This document shows positions 39,715 to 48,203 of a stretch of 64,000 bases of DNA, piece after piece (position 1 is the first letter of the stretch; each line of letters opens with the position of its first letter). The notes below the pieces were generated by a model. It was not told where the DNA came from. It worked only from the letters and a program-made list of their open reading frames with translations, and made no database searches. The DNA is from Candidatus Versatilivorator sp. GTDB lineage: Bacteria; Acidobacteriota; Terriglobia; Versatilivoradales; Versatilivoraceae. Both the position numbers and the translations under genes were made by a program. The DNA lies in assembly GCA_965207735.1 (NCBI GenBank), contig OZ242296.1, positions 5,088,001 through 5,152,000 on the forward strand, read 5' to 3'.

Positions 39715-42120
39715 GTGAGACCACCGAAGTCGGCCCTCAGACAGCCGCCGCAATGGGAACCGATTGTCGGTCGGGCGCGGCGCCCCATGCCTCTGCGGAC
39801 CGCCGTCAGTGCGATTCTGATGCTGCTGCCGGCTTTCTTGGCAAGCCCTCACGGTCGTAGTGCGGACCCACCCGGCAAGGAGGCTCTTGCCAGCCACCGG
39901 AAAATGCTACAGGTCCTGAGTGAACTCAAGCAGCGCGTTCCCGACCGCGATCCGGTGCTGGGTGACTTCCGGGCTCGCCACCTGCGGGCGGAACTGGAAG
40001 CCCTGGAGGCCGGCCGCAAGAAGGCCGGGTTCTTTCCCCAAGTGACGCGCTGGAGGCTCCATTTCGACCTGGCCCGGGAGGAACTGCAGCTGGGTAACGA
40101 GCAGCGCGCCCTGGAGCATTCCGGCGCCGCCTTCAGCCTGCTGCCTCAAGTCGAGAACCTGTTGCGGGCGGACCTGCCCATCCGGCTGCGCTTCCAGCTC
40201 GGGGTGTCTCACCTGCGTGTCGGAGAGACCCAGAACTGCTGCCTGCGGGCCAATCCCGACAGTTGCATTCTGCCCATCCGGGAAGGGGGTATCCATACCG
40301 AGCCGGAGGGATCCCGGCAGGCCATCCGCTATTTCACTCAGGTGCTGGAACGCTCGGCCTCGGACTCCATTGCCTACCTGGAGTCCCGCTGGCTGCTGAA
40401 CATCGCCCATATGACCCTGGGGACCTACCCCGAGGGCGTGCCCCGGGCCTATCTCATCCCTCCCGGCACGTTCGAGTCCGATGCGCCCTTCCCCAGGTTC
40501 CACAACATCGCGGCCGATCTGGGACTGGACACCTTCAACCTGGCCGGCGGCGCCTGTGCCGACGACTTCAACAACGACGGCTATCTGGACCTGGTCGTTT
40601 CCACCTGGGACCCGGCGGAGCAGATGCGCTTCTTCCTGAACAAGGGGGACGGTTCCTTCGTGGACCGGACCCGGGAAGCCGGGCTGACCGGGCTCTTGGG
40701 TGGCATCAATCTGCTGCAGGGCGATTACGACAACGACGGCCACCTGGACCTGCTGGTCCTGCGGGGGGGATGGCTGGGGGACAGCGACCGGCATCCCAAC
40801 TCGCTCCTCAGAAACAACGGCGACGGGACCTTCACCGACGTGACCTTCCTGGCGGGACTGGGCGAGGTGCACTATCCCACCCAGACGGCCTCCTGGGCGG
40901 ACTACGACAACGACGGCCACCTGGACCTCTATGTCGGCAACGAAGCCACCCGCCGAGGGATCTTTCTGCCCCAACGCCTGGGCGAGGTCGAGGACGACCG
41001 GCTGCCCTTTCCCTGCCAACTCTTCCGCAACAACGGCGACGGCACCTTCACGGACGTGGCCCGGCAGGCGGGGGTCGCCAACAATCGCTGGACCAAGGGA
41101 GTGATCTGGGCGGACTATGACGGAGACCGCTATCCCGACCTCTACGTCTCCAATTTCTGGGAGCCCAATCGGCTCTACCGCAACAACCGGGACGGAACCT
41201 TTACCGACGTGGCCGGCAGGCTGGGCGTCAGCGGCCCCATGGCCAGTTTCCCGGCCTGGTTTTGGGATTTCGACAACGACGGGACCCAGGATCTCTACGT
41301 TTCGGCCTATATGACCGAAGTGGCCGACCTGGCTTCCGCCAGTTTGGGCCTCCCCTTTGAAACCGAGCTGCCTCGGCTCTATCGCGGCGACGGGTCGGGA
41401 GGTTTTGAAGAGGTGAGCCGGCAACTCCACCTCGACCGGCCTTCGGCCCCCATGGGATCCAACTTCGGAGATCTGGACAACGACGGCTTTCTCGACTTTT
41501 ACCTGGGCACCGGCACCCCGGACTACCACGACCTGATGCCCAATCTGATGTACCGCAACCTGGAAGGGAAAGGGTTCGCCGACGTCTCCATCGCCGGCGG
41601 CTTTGCCCACCTGCAGAAAGGACACGGGGTGGTTTTCGCCGACTTCGACCACGATGGGGACCAGGACATCTTCGAGCAGATGGGCGGCTCTTACGCGGGC
41701 GACAAGTACGCCGACGCCTTCTACGAGAATCCCGGTTTCGGTAATCGCTGGATCGCAGTCCAGCTCGTGGGGAAGCGCTCCAACCGATCCGCCGTCGGCG
41801 CCCGCATTCGTCTGGAGGTGGAGGAGGAGGGCAAGCCCCGGACCATCTTCAAGACGGTCAACAGCGGCGGCACCTTCGGCGCCAACCCCTTGCGCCAGAC
41901 CATCGGGTTGGGCCGGGCGTCGACAGTCCTCCGCCTGGAGGTCTTCTGGCCCACCAGCGGCCAGACCCAGGTCTTCCGGGATGTGCCCGTGGATCGGTTC
42001 ATCCGCATCGTGGAGGGTGAAGACCGGTACCGCCGGCTCTCACTGCCGAAGTTCCTCCTGGGCGGGAGGGCCAAGAATGAGCGGCAGGCCGGCTTGCCGC
42101 GGGAGCAAGGGGCAAGATAA
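39715..42120 (+). CDS. CRTAC1 / FG-GAP repeat + ASPIC/UnbV protein with an N-terminal helical Cys-containing domain
   Basis: Repeated DYDNDG.LDL; ETQNCC...CILP; SNRSAVGARI; alternative start at 39787. Confidence 0.88.
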   Translation: MRPPKSALRQPPQWEPIVGRARRPMPLRTAVSAILMLLPAFLASPHGRSADPPGKEALASHRKMLQVLSELKQRVPDRDPVLGDFRARHLRAELEALEAGRKKAGFFPQVTRWRLHFDLAREELQLGNEQRALEHSGAAFSLLPQVENLLRADLPIRLRFQLGVSHLRVGETQNCCLRANPDSCILPIREGGIHTEPEGSRQAIRYFTQVLERSASDSIAYLESRWLLNIAHMTLGTYPEGVPRAYLIPPGTFESDAPFPRFHNIAADLGLDTFNLAGGACADDFNNDGYLDLVVSTWDPAEQMRFFLNKGDGSFVDRTREAGLTGLLGGINLLQGDYDNDGHLDLLVLRGGWLGDSDRHPNSLLRNNGDGTFTDVTFLAGLGEVHYPTQTASWADYDNDGHLDLYVGNEATRRGIFLPQRLGEVEDDRLPFPCQLFRNNGDGTFTDVARQAGVANNRWTKGVIWADYDGDRYPDLYVSNFWEPNRLYRNNRDGTFTDVAGRLGVSGPMASFPAWFWDFDNDGTQDLYVSAYMTEVADLASASLGLPFETELPRLYRGDGSGGFEEVSRQLHLDRPSAPMGSNFGDLDNDGFLDFYLGTGTPDYHDLMPNLMYRNLEGKGFADVSIAGGFAHLQKGHGVVFADFDHDGDQDIFEQMGGSYAGDKYADAFYENPGFGNRWIAVQLVGKRSNRSAVGARIRLEVEEEGKPRTIFKTVNSGGTFGANPLRQTIGLGRASTVLRLEVFWPTSGQTQVFRDVPVDRFIRIVEGEDRYRRLSLPKFLLGGRAKNERQAGLPREQGAR

Positions 42121-42233
42121 ATGGTCGAGTGTCGGACCGGGAGAGGTTTGGAAATGGATCGGTCAATCTTTGTCCCACCGGGGCTTTCGTGCCGGAGCCC
42201 GGTTCCCCTCCAAAGATCGGGTGGGTCAGTTCC

Positions 42234-43979
42234 ATGAATCGACATTCCTCTCAAGTGAAGCGCCGGCCTTGGCGCGGCCTGCTGGCAGCGCTTGGGGCGG
42301 CAGCCCTGGCTCCGGTCTGGGGAGGCATCGGAATACCGGCATGGCCGGACTCCCCATCCCCCTTTCGCGACAACCGGGCTGGGGCCGGCATCGATTTCCG
42401 GCACCAGCGAGGCGCTTCCGACCAGAAGCACCTGGTGGAGACGGTGGGCTCCGGATGCGCCCTGTTCGACTACGACAACGACGGGCGGCTGGATATTCTG
42501 CTGATCAACGGAGGCCTTACGCCCGACACCAGCGCCGCCGGGCCGGTTGGCCACGCGCTCTATCGCAACCTGGCCAACGGCCGCTTCCAGGAGGTGACCG
42601 CAAGGGCGGGGTTGGAGGGCAACGGCGCCTTCGGCATGGGCGTTGCCGTGGGCGACTACGACAATGACGGCGACCGCGACGTCTACATCACCAACTTCGG
42701 ACTCAACGCGCTCTATCGCAACAACGGGGACGGCACCTTCAGCGACGTTACGGCCAAAGCCGGCGTCGGCTGTTCCGACTGGAGCACCAGCGCCGCCTTC
42801 TTCGACCTGGAGAACGACGGCGACCTGGACCTCTACGTGACCAACTACCTGGAGACCAGCTTCGAGACCAGTCCCCACTGCGAGCTGAAGAACATTCGGA
42901 CCTATTGTTATCCTGGCAACTACGACGGCGTCGCCGACAGGCTATACGAGAACCTGGGCGGAGGTCGCTTCCGGGACGTGTCCTCCGCCGCCGGCATCCT
43001 CAACCCGGAGGGCAAGGGCCTGGGGGTGGTGGCGGCCGATTTCGACGATGACGGCTGGATGGACCTCTACGTCGCCAACGACACGGAAAGGAATTTCCAC
43101 TACCGGAACAATCGTCAGGGTGGATTCGAAGACATGACCCTGCTTTCGGGAACCGGCTACAACGAGGAGGCCAATCCGGAAGCGGGAATGGGCACCGACG
43201 CGGCCGACTACGACGGGGACGGCCTGATGGATATCGTGGTGACCAACTACGATATGGAGACCAACGCCCTCTACCGCAACCACCAGGACTGGCTGTTCAC
43301 CGATGAACGGGCCTCCTCCGGAGTCACCCGGGGAGATCAGTTCCTGCTGGGGTTCGGCACCGGGTTCCTGGATTTCGACAATGACGGGGATCAGGATCTG
43401 CTGGTGGTCAACGGACACGTCCTGGACAACGTCGAGCAAGTCCAGTTCGGCTTTCGTTACGCCCAGCCCGACATGCTGCTGGAGAACCGGCAGGGCAAGT
43501 TCAGCGAACACGCGGGCTTCTCGCGGGAGGCGGGACTGGAGCCGAGGGTCGGACGCGGTTCCTGCTTTGGAGATCTGGACAACGACGGCGATTTGGATGT
43601 CCTGGTCAACAACTGCGGCGGGCGGCCCCATCTGCTCATGAACCAGGTCGGGAGCCGGCGGAACTGGATTCTGCTTAACCTGATCGGTTCCCGCAGCAAC
43701 CGCGACGGCGTGGGGGCCAGGATCGAAGTGACGACTGCGGCCGGCCGGCAAATCGACCAGGTGACGGGAGGCGGAGGCTATCTGGGGGCCAGTGACCTGC
43801 GGGCTCACTTTGGCCTGGGCGATGCCGACCGGATCCAATCCCTGCGGATCCGTTGGCCGGGGGGCGCCGAAGAGGTGTATCGGGACCTGGACGCCAATCG
43901 GATACTCTCTATCAAGGAAGGTGCAGGGAAGGTAGAGGTCACGCGGGAATCGCAGCCGGCCGGGAACGTCGAACCGTAG
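42234..43979 (+). CDS. CRTAC1 / FG-GAP repeat + ASPIC/UnbV protein
   Basis: DYDNDG repeats; SNRDGVGARI; HFGLG; IRWPGG. Confidence 0.9.
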   Translation: MNRHSSQVKRRPWRGLLAALGAAALAPVWGGIGIPAWPDSPSPFRDNRAGAGIDFRHQRGASDQKHLVETVGSGCALFDYDNDGRLDILLINGGLTPDTSAAGPVGHALYRNLANGRFQEVTARAGLEGNGAFGMGVAVGDYDNDGDRDVYITNFGLNALYRNNGDGTFSDVTAKAGVGCSDWSTSAAFFDLENDGDLDLYVTNYLETSFETSPHCELKNIRTYCYPGNYDGVADRLYENLGGGRFRDVSSAAGILNPEGKGLGVVAADFDDDGWMDLYVANDTERNFHYRNNRQGGFEDMTLLSGTGYNEEANPEAGMGTDAADYDGDGLMDIVVTNYDMETNALYRNHQDWLFTDERASSGVTRGDQFLLGFGTGFLDFDNDGDQDLLVVNGHVLDNVEQVQFGFRYAQPDMLLENRQGKFSEHAGFSREAGLEPRVGRGSCFGDLDNDGDLDVLVNNCGGRPHLLMNQVGSRRNWILLNLIGSRSNRDGVGARIEVTTAAGRQIDQVTGGGGYLGASDLRAHFGLGDADRIQSLRIRWPGGAEEVYRDLDANRILSIKEGAGKVEVTRESQPAGNVEP

Positions 43980-44010
43980 CGAGGCAGGAGGTCGGACCGA
44001 CAAGGAATGA

Positions 44011-44102
44011 ATTGTTGATTGCTGATTTCTGATTGTAGATTGGGGTGTTGTGATAGATGGCTTTGCCTCGAATCAAAATATCGGCAATCCAAATACCACA
44101 AT
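44011..44102. repeat. Degenerate inverted heptamer element (family E)
   Basis: ATTGTTG ATTGCTG ATTTCTG ATTGTAG, then a loose complementary arm at 44071-44102. Confidence 0.5.
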
Positions 44103-44178
44103 GCCTGACTCATCCTTCATCGTTGTCTCGGCTCGACAGATCAGGTGCAGCGTCCCCTATGCGCGCTCAAGATGCTGG

Positions 44179-44280
44179 AGCGGGACCATTGCCGGGAATG
44201 GCCACAAAAGGCACAAAAACACAAAAAGAGCAGGACGATCTCAGAAAATTCGTTTTGTGACTTTTGTGCTTTTTGTGGTT
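44179..44280. repeat. Family B repeat, copy 2
   Basis: GCGGGACCATTGCCGGGAATGGCCACAAAAGGCACAAAAACACAAA...TTTTGTGACTTTTGTGCTTTTTGTGG. Confidence 0.85.
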
Positions 44281-44526
44281 GGAGAGCATTTCTCACCAGG
44301 TCGCACCCGATATGAAAAAAGGTACAACATCAGGTTTGCCGGCAAAAATGACCTGCCCCGCTTGTCGTTGAGGGAGGGCCATGTTTCTTTTTGTCTATTC
44401 GTGTTCATTCGTGGTTCGAGTTCATTAACGATCGGCCGTTTTTCCTCATATGATCCGCAGGGCAGGGCGGGGACTTGGGCGGGGCCCGGGTCGCTGTGTC
44501 ATTGCCTTTGAGGTTGGAGGTGGTCC

Positions 44527-45348
44527 ATGTCGGTTATGAATAATGGTCGTACCGGGGCCACGAGGACCTTGATCGTGATGGCCCTGGGTTTGTGGCTGGT
44601 TCTGCCGGTGGGCGGTCAATGGCAGAAGAAGCCCTTTCAGGAGTGGACTCGGGATGAAGCCCGCAAGGTATTGAGAAAATCTCCCTGGGGGAAGTCCCAC
44701 CTCTTCGTCATCCCCTCGGGGGACGGCTATGAGAGAGACCTGCGGAACGAACGAGCGGCCTGGCCCGGCCTGGACCCCCAAGGGCCTCCCGACCCGACCC
44801 GATCCGGCGATGTGGACCAGCGCCTGGCCTCCCGTTCCGACGACCCGCTGGACGACCCGCGCAACTCCATCAGGCAGGGGGAATCTCGGGATGGCGGCGC
44901 CAGGCGCGCGGCTGAACGCTATCGCGTCTTCTGGTACTCCTCTCTCAGGGTCCGTCAATCCATTGGCCGGCTTCGCCAACTCCGGGGGTTGGACCTGAAG
45001 GAACAGATGCAGGCGCTTCACGGGCAATCCCGCCGACATCACATCATCGCCGTGGCCGGCTCGGTTTCCAGATTCTATCGCCGCGCCACCCTGGAGGAGA
45101 TCCAGGGAAAGACCTTCCTGCTGTCCGGAAAGCGCAAGCCCAAGAAGATCGCCCCGGTACAGTTCGTGGGTCCGGAGACCTTGCGTTTCCCTATGGCTCT
45201 CTTCCTCTTTCCCCGGGTCACAGAGGCGGGGCGGTCGGTGGAACTGAGAGACGGGGAAGCCCGGTTCATCAGCCGTCACGGGCCTCTGAAGGTGAAGACT
45301 TCCTTCAAGCTGAAGAAGATGAAGACGGACGGTAAGCTGGACCTTTAA
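44527..45348 (+). CDS. Secreted hypothetical protein
   Basis: GGAGG RBS, signal peptide, WQKKPFQEWT...SPW. Confidence 0.75.
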   Translation: MSVMNNGRTGATRTLIVMALGLWLVLPVGGQWQKKPFQEWTRDEARKVLRKSPWGKSHLFVIPSGDGYERDLRNERAAWPGLDPQGPPDPTRSGDVDQRLASRSDDPLDDPRNSIRQGESRDGGARRAAERYRVFWYSSLRVRQSIGRLRQLRGLDLKEQMQALHGQSRRHHIIAVAGSVSRFYRRATLEEIQGKTFLLSGKRKPKKIAPVQFVGPETLRFPMALFLFPRVTEAGRSVELRDGEARFISRHGPLKVKTSFKLKKMKTDGKLDL

Positions 45349-45351
45349 CGG

Positions 45352-45516
45352 CAGTGGAGAGTGGAGAGTGGATAGTGTTCTGTCTTAGAAATAGGGTTGC
45401 CATATTTCGGGGCGCAACGGCTCGGATTCCAGGAGCGACGATGCTTTACGCATCGATCAAAAAACTCTCCACTCTCCACTCTTCACTCTCCACTCTCCAC
45501 TCACCACTCTCCACTA
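45352..45516. repeat. Family D inverted heptamer element, copy 2, overlapping the start of the next CDS
   Basis: 3 GAGTGGA-like units at 45352-45372; 7 ACTCTCC-like units at 45464-45512. Confidence 0.85.
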
Positions 45517-47882
45517 TTCTCGGAATTGCGGTGCTGCTGGCTGCTTGCGTCATCCTGATCGGGCAAGCTGTCGTTTCCCGGGCGTCGGAGGCGGATGCCG
45601 CTCCCGGGTACCTCGACCCGCAAACCTGCCAGCCCTGCCACGCCGAAATCTACCGGAGCTATCAGAAGGTGGCCATGGGGCGTTCCTTTTACAAGCCCTC
45701 CCCCGCGAACGTCATCGAGGATTACACCACCGACAACCACCTCTTTCACGCGCCCTCCAATCGCCATTACCGGATGGTGCAGCGCAACGGCAAGTTCTAC
45801 CAGAGACGCTACCAGTTGGACGATCAGGGCAGGGAAAAGAACGTCTTCGAACTGGAAGTGACCCACATCATGGGTTCCGGCAACCATGCCCGAACCTATC
45901 TGAGCCTGGCCGAGAATGGCGTGTTGCGGCAACTGCCGGTGAGCTGGTATTCCCAGGGCAAGGGCTGGGGGATGAGTCCGGGGTACGACCATGCCCGCCA
46001 CGACGATTTCCGCCGCCGGGTCGGCCACTCCTGCATGTTCTGCCACAACGGCTATCCGCGGCTTCCCGAGCCCAGCGACCGCTACGGTCGGCAGAGCCGC
46101 TTCCCCCGCGATCTGCCCTCCGGCATCGACTGCCAGCGCTGCCACGGTCCCGGTTCTCGGCATGTGGATCTGTTGTCGAGTGGAGAGTCGGCCACGGAGG
46201 CGGTCCGCGCGGCCATCCTCAATCCCGCCCGTTTGAGTCCGGAGCGCCAGATGGACGTATGCATGCAGTGTCACGTCCAGTCCACGCTGGGCAACCTGGG
46301 AGACCGGGTCCGGCGGGCTGGGCGCTCCGTCTATTCCTTCCGTCCCGGAGAGTCGCTGGATGACTACATCGTGCACTTCGACCTGGTGGGACCCGATCCC
46401 GGCAGGCCGGCGGACCGTTTCGAGATCGACAGCACTGCCTATCGGCTGCTCCAGTCAAGCTGTTTCCAGGAGAGCCAGGGAGCCATGACCTGCACCACCT
46501 GCCACGATCCCCATACGACGCCCCGAGGGCCGGATGCGGTTCAACATTTCCGCCAGCGCTGCATGAGCTGCCACCCCAGCCTTTCGGTCCGGGTCCACCC
46601 GCAGCCGGGTCAAAGCGATTGCGTGGCTTGCCACATGCCCAGGCGGCGGACCGAGGACGCCGTTCACGTGGTGATGACCGACCACTGGATTCAGAGCCGT
46701 CCGCCCGAGCGGGACCTGCTGGCCCCGCTCGAGGAAGACCATACTCCCCATGAAGGGACGGTGGTGCTGAACGACCCGGAGGCGCTTCCGGCATCGGTAC
46801 GGGACATTTATTGGGGGTTGGCCCAAGTCCGGTCTCCCTCCCACCTCCGGCGGGGCCTGAGCAAGCTGGAGGACCGCTTGAGCCGGGAGACCTCTTTCCA
46901 TCCGCAAGTTCTTGCCGAATGGGGCAAGGCTCTGCTGGAGGCCGGCGAACGGGACTCTGCCGAGGCTCGATTGCGCCAGGCCCTGCAGCAGGATTCCAAC
47001 ATGGTCACTGCCCGCACCAGGCTGGCGGACATGCTGAGAGAGCAGGAGAACTGGGATCAGGCCGTCCGCCACTACCGGATGGCCTTGGCGGTCGATCCCA
47101 GCTATGGAGAGGCCGAGATCGGTCTGGGGCTCATCGCGAAGGGACAGGGGCAGATCGAATCGGCCATCGCCCACTTTCGCCGGGCAGTGAAGCACAACCC
47201 CTTTCTGGCCGAAGGTTTTGCCAATCTGGGGACGGTCTATCTCCAGCAAGGGGAGTGGAACCGGGCCGTTCAAGAGCTTGAGAAAGCCTTGAGCATCGAA
47301 CCGGCCAACGCCCAGGTCCATCTGAATCTGGGAACGGCGCTGTCCAGAGCGGGCCGGCAACCCCAGGCCCTGGAGGCCTTCGCCGAGGCGGTTCGCCTCA
47401 AGCCGGACCTCTCCAAGGCTCACTACAGTCTGGGCCTGGCTCTGGCTCGCGCGGGCCGACCGGGGCAGGCGATCGAGGCATTCCGCCAAGCCATCCAACT
47501 CCAACCCGAAGACGCCGACTATCATTACAATCTGGGGGTGGCCCACAACGAGCTGGGACAGTTGGAAGAAGCCCTGGCGGCGTTTCGGGAAGCCGTCCGG
47601 CTGAGGCCGGAAGATGCCGAGGGCTATTCCAGTCTCGGCTTGGCCTACGCCCAACTGGGTCGGCTGCCCGAGGCTCTCGAGGCCTTTCAAAAGACGGCCT
47701 CCATTCGGCCCAACGATCCCGAAATCCGGTTCTTCTTGGGAATGGCCCATCTCACGTTGGGGAACAGGGAGGCGGCGCAGAAGGAATACGAGACATTGAA
47801 GCGCCTGGGCGCGCACAAGAGGGCGGGAATGCTGAATGACCAGATGGACCGGCAAAATCCTGGCGACCCGCCCCGGGATTAG
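45441..47882 (+). CDS. Heptaheme cytochrome c - TPR fusion protein, paralog 1
   Basis: 7 CxxCH (CQPCH, CMFCH, CQRCH, CMQCH, CTTCH, CMSCH, CVACH), MTDH, then TPRs; AGGAG RBS before ATG 45441. Confidence 0.88.
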   Translation: MLYASIKKLSTLHSSLSTLHSPLSTILGIAVLLAACVILIGQAVVSRASEADAAPGYLDPQTCQPCHAEIYRSYQKVAMGRSFYKPSPANVIEDYTTDNHLFHAPSNRHYRMVQRNGKFYQRRYQLDDQGREKNVFELEVTHIMGSGNHARTYLSLAENGVLRQLPVSWYSQGKGWGMSPGYDHARHDDFRRRVGHSCMFCHNGYPRLPEPSDRYGRQSRFPRDLPSGIDCQRCHGPGSRHVDLLSSGESATEAVRAAILNPARLSPERQMDVCMQCHVQSTLGNLGDRVRRAGRSVYSFRPGESLDDYIVHFDLVGPDPGRPADRFEIDSTAYRLLQSSCFQESQGAMTCTTCHDPHTTPRGPDAVQHFRQRCMSCHPSLSVRVHPQPGQSDCVACHMPRRRTEDAVHVVMTDHWIQSRPPERDLLAPLEEDHTPHEGTVVLNDPEALPASVRDIYWGLAQVRSPSHLRRGLSKLEDRLSRETSFHPQVLAEWGKALLEAGERDSAEARLRQALQQDSNMVTARTRLADMLREQENWDQAVRHYRMALAVDPSYGEAEIGLGLIAKGQGQIESAIAHFRRAVKHNPFLAEGFANLGTVYLQQGEWNRAVQELEKALSIEPANAQVHLNLGTALSRAGRQPQALEAFAEAVRLKPDLSKAHYSLGLALARAGRPGQAIEAFRQAIQLQPEDADYHYNLGVAHNELGQLEEALAAFREAVRLRPEDAEGYSSLGLAYAQLGRLPEALEAFQKTASIRPNDPEIRFFLGMAHLTLGNREAAQKEYETLKRLGAHKRAGMLNDQMDRQNPGDPPRD

Positions 47883-48048
47883 GTCGGAATACTTCCACCG
47901 GGGGACGCCCGGAAGCGGGGAAACCACACAGAGATAATCTAGGGGAATTTCCCGTCCCCGGGCAGTGTTGTGGGTAAGGAGAGAGCTGCGAAGCTGCGGT
48001 TGGAGTGGGTAGGCCGAGCAAACGCTTACTACAAGCCATCCTTATCGA

Positions 48049-48133
48049 GCAGCGTAGCTGCGGTCTCGGGTAGCCCCGGGCGGGAGCCCGGGGTCGTTGG
48101 GTCTCGGCAACCTCGCAGCCGCGAAGCGGCGGA
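48049..48133 (+). repeat. Family F REP-like hairpin cluster, divergent copy
   Basis: GCAGCGTAGCTGC..AGCCCCGGGCGGGAGCCCGGGG..GCCGCGAAGCGGC. Confidence 0.6.
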
Positions 48134-48203
48134 TCAGTGGTGTCTGTCGGGAACACACCAATTCGCCAAAGAAACGTTAAACACATATCAAGGTGGGAGT
48201 GTT

